In this document: piece after piece, positions 59,152 to 64,000 of the stretch | Layout: the number at the start of each line of letters is the position of its first letter | Position numbering within the stretch: position 1 is the stretch's first letter | The notes under the pieces: model-generated | Told to the model about the DNA's origin: nothing | Database searches by the model: none | The model's input: the letters and a program-made list of their open reading frames with translations, nothing else | Position numbers and translations under genes: made by a program | Assembly (NCBI GenBank): GCA_963812155.1 | Contig: CAWETW010000003.1 | Coordinates: 544,001-608,000, forward strand | Direction of reading: 5' to 3' | DNA from: Vulcanimicrobiota bacterium | GTDB taxonomy: Bacteria; Vulcanimicrobiota; Vulcanimicrobiia; Vulcanimicrobiales; Vulcanimicrobiaceae | DNA: 64,000 bases

Positions 59152-59498
59152 TTGACGAGCTTCTTTTCTTTGATGCGCGCGGCTTTGCCGATCTTCTCGC
59201 TGAGATAGTAGAGCCGGCTGCGCCGGACGACGCCGCGCTTGCCGACTTCGATTTTCTCGACGCGTGGGCTGTGAACGAGAAACGTCTTCTCGACGCCGAC
59301 GCCGTGCGCGACGCGGCGCACCGTGATCGAGGCGCGTGCTCCGCCGCCTTTGCGCACCATGACGACGCCCTCGAACATCTGCGTGCGTTCCTTGCCGCCC
59401 TCGACGACTTTGGAATAGACTTTAATCGTATCCCCCGGACGAAATGCGGGGACCCCGTCTTTGACTTGGTCGGCGTTCAGGGCATCAATGGCGTTCAT
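59148..59498 (-). CDS. rplS: 50S ribosomal protein L19
   Basis: [29 protein letters not shown]. Confidence 0.97.
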   Translation of the reverse strand: MNAIDALNADQVKDGVPAFRPGDTIKVYSKVVEGGKERTQMFEGVVMVRKGGGARASITVRRVAHGVGVEKTFLVHSPRVEKIEVGKRGVVRRSRLYYLSEKIGKAARIKEKKLVK

Positions 59499-59569
59499 GC
59501 TCGTACTTCTTCAGATAAAAAGCGAAGCCGGGCGAAGCCGGCGGTGAAAACAAACCACGCGGTATAGTA

Positions 59570-60272
59570 TCACGGCGCATCTTCCCCGACAAGGTCGGGA
59601 CGCCGCGCGACCGTGCGCCGGCGGGATTCTTCCCGCCGCCACTCCGCGATTTTGGCGTGGTCGCCGGAGAGGAGCACTTCGGGAACCCCGACGCCGCGAA
59701 ACACCGGCGGCCGTGTAAAGCTGGGGTAATCGAGCAGGCCTTCCGCGCCGGAGAATGACTCCGAGGCGAGCGACTCCTGCCGCAACGCGCCCGGCCAGCA
59801 GCCGCACGGTCGCGTCGAGGATCGCCAGCGCGGGAATCTCGCCGCCCGTGAGGACGAAGTCGCCGAGCGAGTATTCCTCGATGGGATACAGGGCCGCGAG
59901 GCGATCGTCGATACCCTCGTAGTGACCGCATACGATGATGAGCCGCTCCAGGCTCGCGAACCGCTGCGCGTCGCTTTGGCGCAACGGCCGGCCGCTCGGG
60001 CTGGGGACGACGATGGCGCGCCGCTCGGCCGTTTCGGGTGCCTCGGCGAGCAGCCGGTCCAGGCAGCGCGCGATCGGCTCGAGGCGCAAGACCATTCCGG
60101 CGCCTCCCCCAAACGGGGCCGCGTCGGCGCGCTCGCCGGCTTCCAACTCGTCGAGCAGGTGATGGTAGCGGACGCGCACGCGTCCGGCCTCGACCGCCCG
60201 GCCCACGATCGAGAGGCCGACGAACGGTGCGAACACCTCCGGAAAGAGCGAAACGACGTCGATCGTGAACAT
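59570..60272 (-). CDS. trmD: tRNA (guanine37-N1)-methyltransferase; frameshift ~59795
   Basis: [50 protein letters not shown] in the second frame. Confidence 0.93.
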
Positions 60273-60765
60273 GAGAAGAATGTTCCGGCTGGGCCCCCGA
60301 TTCGCTTCCGCGCGAGATCCCGATCGTTACGCCGCGGCGCTCGAGGCGCTCGAGCGGCGCGACTTCGAGCGCGCCGAGCGCGAACTGAACGGCCTGCTGG
60401 CGGCGTGCGAGGCGCCGGCCGATCGCGCGTTTGCGCTGAACAAGCGCGGCGTGGCGCGCGCCGGGCTCGGGCAGGTGCAGGCGGCCCGCGACGATTTCAC
60501 CGCAGCGCTGGCCTGCGTTCCGCGTTACGCGCCGGCACTGACCAATCTCGGGAACGTGTTATTGGAAGAGGGAGCGCTCGACGCGGCGATCGCGCGTTAC
60601 GAGGAGGCGATTGCGGCCGATCCGCAATACGCGATCGCGCATCTCAATCTTGGAACGGCATACAAACGCGCCGGCCGGTTCGACGAAGGCGTGCGCGCCT
60701 TGCGCGCGGCGCAGCGATTGGAGAAAACGCGGCTCAGCGACGCGTTCGGGCGTCGACGGTCGTGA
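60271..60765 (+). CDS. Tetratricopeptide repeat protein
   Basis: TPR motifs [26 protein letters not shown]; start at 60271 or 60280. Confidence 0.8.
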   Translation: MRRMFRLGPRFASARDPDRYAAALEALERRDFERAERELNGLLAACEAPADRAFALNKRGVARAGLGQVQAARDDFTAALACVPRYAPALTNLGNVLLEEGALDAAIARYEEAIAADPQYAIAHLNLGTAYKRAGRFDEGVRALRAAQRLEKTRLSDAFGRRRS

Positions 60766-61207
60766 TTTCGTCGAGGTATTCGAAGAGTTCGGGAAGCGTG
60801 ATGCTTTCCAGTGCGGTTCGATCGCGAATACGCTCTTCGTCTTCACCTTCGTCGCGAATGTAGCACCGAGTTTCGACGCCCTTTTCGTCGTCGCAGACGA
60901 ACGACACCGCAAAGGCGCGCCCTGACGTCTCGTCGTAGATGCGCATCGTTTGCGGGTTGACGATTTCGACCGAGTGGGCTTGATGGCGCGCATCGAAAAT
61001 CAAGATGCGCAAATGTTCGTAGTTGGTTACTTCGATGGACCCGACCAGGAAAACGTTCTTCGCCGAAAAGAACTCCTGACCGCGCTTGTTGCGGCTCGAA
61101 ACTTCGTAGAACACATGGTGCGCTACGAACCGGTTGAGAATCTTTCGCAGCGTCGCCAGCGTTGCCAGCGTCTCGGTGCGATTGCCGCGGGTATAGATGA
61201 TTTTCAC
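60734..61207 (-). CDS. Hypothetical soluble protein
   Basis: Protein-like composition; GTG start at 61207 inferred; no family recognised. Confidence 0.65.
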   Translation of the reverse strand: MKIIYTRGNRTETLATLATLRKILNRFVAHHVFYEVSSRNKRGQEFFSAKNVFLVGSIEVTNYEHLRILIFDARHQAHSVEIVNPQTMRIYDETSGRAFAVSFVCDDEKGVETRCYIRDEGEDEERIRDRTALESITLPELFEYLDEITTVDARTRR

Positions 61208-61293
61208 GAGCGGACACGGTTGCTTGCACGCTTTGGCAGGCGAGACCTGCCGCGGCAGGCCAAATGGCAAGCCGAAACGGACTCTTGAGAGCC

Positions 61294-61569
61294 GTGTTTT
61301 CAGTCCCCGACATTTTGGTCGTTTCCGTGCTCGCGCTGCTCCTCTTCGGCCCCGACCGGCTGCCGAAGATGATGCGCCAGGCGGGCCGTTTCATGCGGGA
61401 GGTTCAGAACACGTCGCATTCGTTCGTCGCCGAGATGGAGCGCGCGGCCGACGTTGCGGATACCCCTCCCACGCCACCGCCACCGGCGCCGGATCCCGCG
61501 CCCGCGGCGCCGCCGCCGGATCCCGTGCCCGCGCCTACATCCCCGCCAGACGACGCCAAAGCGCCGTAA
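61294..61569 (+). CDS. Twin-arginine translocase TatA/TatB family subunit
   Basis: LALLLFGPDRLPKMMRQAGRFMREV; Pro-rich tail. Confidence 0.85.
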   Translation: MFSVPDILVVSVLALLLFGPDRLPKMMRQAGRFMREVQNTSHSFVAEMERAADVADTPPTPPPPAPDPAPAAPPPDPVPAPTSPPDDAKAP

Positions 61570-62074
61570 CGCGGCGCACGTACCGGCGCGTCTCGGCGTA
61601 GGGCGGCACGCCGCCGTAGCGTTCGACGGCGCCGGCGCCCGCGTTGTACGCGGCCAGCGCGAGCACGCAGCACGCGGCTGGGCCGCGCTCGTCGAAGCGG
61701 TCGATGAGCGCGCGCAGATGACGAGCGGACGCCGCGAGGTTCTCCAACGGATCGGCAGGGTTGACGCCGAGACCCGCTGCGGTGCCCGGCATCAACTGCG
61801 CGAGGCCGACGGCACCGGCGCGCGAACGCGCAGCGGGATTCCAGCGCGATTCAACGGCGATCACGGCCACCAGAAGTCGCGCATCGAGGCCTTGGCGATC
61901 CGCTTGCACGATCGTTGCCAGAGCGAGCGTGGCGGCGGTTGCGGCGTCGAGCCGCGGATTGAAATGACGCAATGCGAACGCGTACGCCGCGACCGGATCG
62001 GCGGCACGCGCGTGCGGCGGCGAAAAAAGTGCGAGCGCGAGAAAAAGAATTGCGGCGGCGAAAGAAGGCTTCAC
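61535..62074 (-). CDS. Lytic transglycosylase (SLT domain)
   Basis: AVIAVES; GAVGLAQLMP; LAAYNAG..GGVPPYAETRRYV. Confidence 0.9.
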   Translation of the reverse strand: MKPSFAAAILFLALALFSPPHARAADPVAAYAFALRHFNPRLDAATAATLALATIVQADRQGLDARLLVAVIAVESRWNPAARSRAGAVGLAQLMPGTAAGLGVNPADPLENLAASARHLRALIDRFDERGPAACCVLALAAYNAGAGAVERYGGVPPYAETRRYVRRVTALWRRLAGM

Positions 62075-62120
62075 CCCGGCGCAAGTACCCGTTGCGTGTA
62101 CGGGCTACGGCAGAGCTTCT

Positions 62121-62414
62121 CTAGATATTGAAGTTCTGGCGGATCTCGTTGATGCGTTGCTGCACGACGCTGCGGAATTGCGAGTGCAGGCGTTCTTTTT
62201 GGTCGTCGGGCAGGCGCCGGTAGACCATGTAGCCGGCTGCGGAGAGCAGCCCGCCGAGCAGGCCGACGACCAGCGCTTTGCCGATTTCGCCGGCGCCGGG
62301 GTCGCCCGAGCCGTCGTAGCCGGGACCGGGCGCACCGCCTTGATAGCCGTTGCCGGCCGGATTCGACCCGGACCATTGCTGTTGCGGCGGCGTCGTGCGG
62401 AAGTTGTCAGACAT
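62121..62414 (-). CDS. Hypothetical single-TM protein
   Basis: SD GAAGGAGG; TM ALVVGLLGGLLSAAGYMVY; helical C-terminus. Confidence 0.7.
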   Translation of the reverse strand: MSDNFRTTPPQQQWSGSNPAGNGYQGGAPGPGYDGSGDPGAGEIGKALVVGLLGGLLSAAGYMVYRRLPDDQKERLHSQFRSVVQQRINEIRQNFNI

Positions 62415-62444
62415 GAACGGGCCTCCTTCGGGGGCTCTGCGTAC

Positions 62445-62774
62445 TTACCCGGTTTCCTGTCCGGTGTTGCATGCCACGTGCTCCGGGTACTGCTGGGCGA
62501 TCTGTGCGACGGCCAGTTCGGCGGTCGCTGCGATCGTGCGCACGCGTTCGTCGTCACGGGCTTGCTCGGGCCAGCGGATGAAGAAGTCGCCTCGACGCTG
62601 CCTGGTTTCGAGTGCGACGCGTGCGTATTCCTCGAGCCCCAGCCGGGCGGCCTGGAGGATCGCCGAAACTGCGGCGCAGACGACGTCGTCGGCATCGGCG
62701 AACTCGGCATGTCCCCGCGCAAAAATCGAGGACAGCCGGTTACGGCTGTCCCGATGAAAAACGACCTCGAGCAC
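62445..62774 (-). CDS. prp: Ribosomal-processing cysteine protease Prp
   Basis: GHA..DDVVCAAVS; QIAQQYPEHV; lies directly after rplU. Confidence 0.85.
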   Translation of the reverse strand: MLEVVFHRDSRNRLSSIFARGHAEFADADDVVCAAVSAILQAARLGLEEYARVALETRQRRGDFFIRWPEQARDDERVRTIAATAELAVAQIAQQYPEHVACNTGQETG

Positions 62775-62790
62775 GCGTACCGCTCTGCAG

Positions 62791-63105
62791 TTACGGAAGC
62801 GTAATCTTCGTGATTTTGACTTCGGCGAACGGCTGGCGGTGGCCGTTGAGTTTGCGCACGCGCTTCTTCGGCTTATAGCGGAAAACGAGAATCTTCTTGT
62901 CCTTGGCTTGGCGCAGGACCGTTCCGGTGACGCTGGCGCCTCCAACGGTCGGGGTCCCGACCGTCACGTTCTCGCCGCTGCCGGCCAGCACGACCCGGTC
63001 GAACGTGACGTCCGCTCCCGGTTCGCTGGTGATGAGGTCGCAGCGAATGACGTCGCCCTCGGCGACTTTGTACTGCTTGCCGCCGGTCTCGATGATCGCG
63101 TACAT
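62791..63105 (-). CDS. rplU: 50S ribosomal protein L21
   Basis: MYAIIETGGKQYKV; GHRQ. Confidence 0.97.
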   Translation of the reverse strand: MYAIIETGGKQYKVAEGDVIRCDLITSEPGADVTFDRVVLAGSGENVTVGTPTVGGASVTGTVLRQAKDKKILVFRYKPKKRVRKLNGHRQPFAEVKITKITLP

Positions 63106-63114
63106 GACCCCGGT

Positions 63115-63143
63115 ACGATACCAGCCCGGCCGGGCTCTGTCAA
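63115..63143 (-). promoter_or_regulatory. Sigma70 promoter of rplU: TTGACA-N17-TATCGT with extended TG
   Basis: Perfect -35, 17-nt spacer; the ATG is only 9 nt after the -10. Confidence 0.75.
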
Positions 63144-63191
63144 ACGAACGCAGCGCGCCGCGCTAGCGTCGTCAGCGTTTCGCGCTCCGCG

Positions 63192-64000
63192 CTAGGGCGT
63201 CAGGGTTTCGCGCTCGACGGCCGTGCGCTGTATGGCGGCTTCGGAGAACGGAAGCGGCCACAGGCGTCCTTCGACCCAAGCACCCGCCTCGTCGGTGTAG
63301 TGGCCGGACCCCGGCTGCCCGGACTCGCCCTGCGGCAAGATGATGCCGCCGGCCTCCCAGTTGCCGACGTCCCACACCGCGCGGAAACTCTGCGAGTATC
63401 CCGCATACTGCACGTGCAGCGAGAACTCATCGCCATATCCGGGCAGACGGGTTCCGTCCAAGAACGACATCCCCAGAGACGAGAGCGAGTGCAAGGGCGT
63501 GACGGCGCCGGCGACGCTCCACGGCGCGAGCGCGGACGGCAGCGTCACGTGCAGCGCGTGCGGTGCGCGTTGACCGATCGTAAGTTCGACCGGCATCAAG
63601 CGCTTGGTCTTGCCGATCAACTGCATGCGCAGCTGGTCGGCAAGCGTCGCCGTCGTCGATTCGCCGGTCATGCGCCCGTCCCAGCCGGCCAGCGCGCTTC
63701 CGGCAGCGGCATCCATACGCGTGACGGCTGGAGACAAATCGCGCGCGAGTTCGCGTTCGGGCAGCGAGAGCGCGTCCATCTGCATTTGCGCGAAGTACGC
63801 TACGTCGTAGCGCGGGCGAGCGCGCAACAGTTGCGCGATTCGGAAAGCGCGATAGGGCGCGGCAAACTGCGGGCTCAGTTGCAACGGATAACCCGCGGCA
63901 TAGGGCTTGTCGTTGGCAGTCCACACGATCGCGTCGCGCGACGCTGCGACGTGCGGAAGCTCGGCGCGCGGGACGCTGTCGTAACGCTTTGCGAGATCGG
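63192..64000 (-). CDS. Penicillin acylase family protein (C-terminal part; 5' end outside the window)
   Basis: WTAND; YRAFRI; QSFRAVWD; GESGQPGSGHYTD..W. Confidence 0.8.
   Translation of the reverse strand, partial: DLAKRYDSVPRAELPHVAASRDAIVWTANDKPYAAGYPLQLSPQFAAPYRAFRIAQLLRARPRYDVAYFAQMQMDALSLPERELARDLSPAVTRMDAAAGSALAGWDGRMTGESTTATLADQLRMQLIGKTKRLMPVELTIGQRAPHALHVTLPSALAPWSVAGAVTPLHSLSSLGMSFLDGTRLPGYGDEFSLHVQYAGYSQSFRAVWDVGNWEAGGIILPQGESGQPGSGHYTDEAGAWVEGRLWPLPFSEAAIQRTAVERETLTP

Noticed and set aside
2499..60272. Frameshifted genes (phosphoesterase, liuE 5' end, Mo oxidoreductase, ECF sigma, RbsB-like, trmD) as pseudogenes or programmed frameshifts
   Set aside because: The single-base indels are scattered over unrelated genes including normally essential trmD, with no slippery sites or other decay. 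Sequencing or assembly error is the simplest explanation; raw reads would settle it.

Overview
High-GC bacterial chromosome segment with about 75 CDS. I saw no rRNA, tRNA, CRISPR array, integrase or transposase. The mix of families (GloVer-type repeats, TPR-LuxR regulator, PDZ-membrane protein, Firmicutes-like rplU-prp, ylqF and hemQ) suggests Eremiobacterota/Vulcanimicrobiota, which is inference only. Housekeeping blocks are leucine catabolism (liuB/C/D/E), pyrK-pyrD-pyrF-pyrE, argS-rlmH-dprA, nrdR-dut-panE-hemQ, comM, a ribose-type ABC transporter, trmD-rplS-3x lepB-ylqF-rnhB-yraN and rplU-prp. These are interleaved with accessory secreted, membrane and regulatory genes. Six genes carry single-base frameshifts, including the normally essential trmD, so these are probably sequencing indels rather than pseudogenes. 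The most notable observations are: (1) an ECF-sigma envelope module with back-to-back GAAAC-N16/17-CGTA promoters and a 39-aa sORF missing from the ORF track; (2) an NrdR box just downstream of the -10 of an nrdR-dut operon whose nrdR starts at CTG; (3) a dispersed REP-like family with fixed ends and a variable internal hairpin; (4) a TPR-LuxR regulator followed by an 18-bp palindrome in front of a Cys-rich lipoprotein; (5) a PDZ-multiTM-GAF-like receptor with no output domain; (6) prp without rpmA; (7) an ArgRS with a degenerate HIGH motif; (8) several apparently leaderless genes. All family calls are by-eye motif recognition, with no database search.
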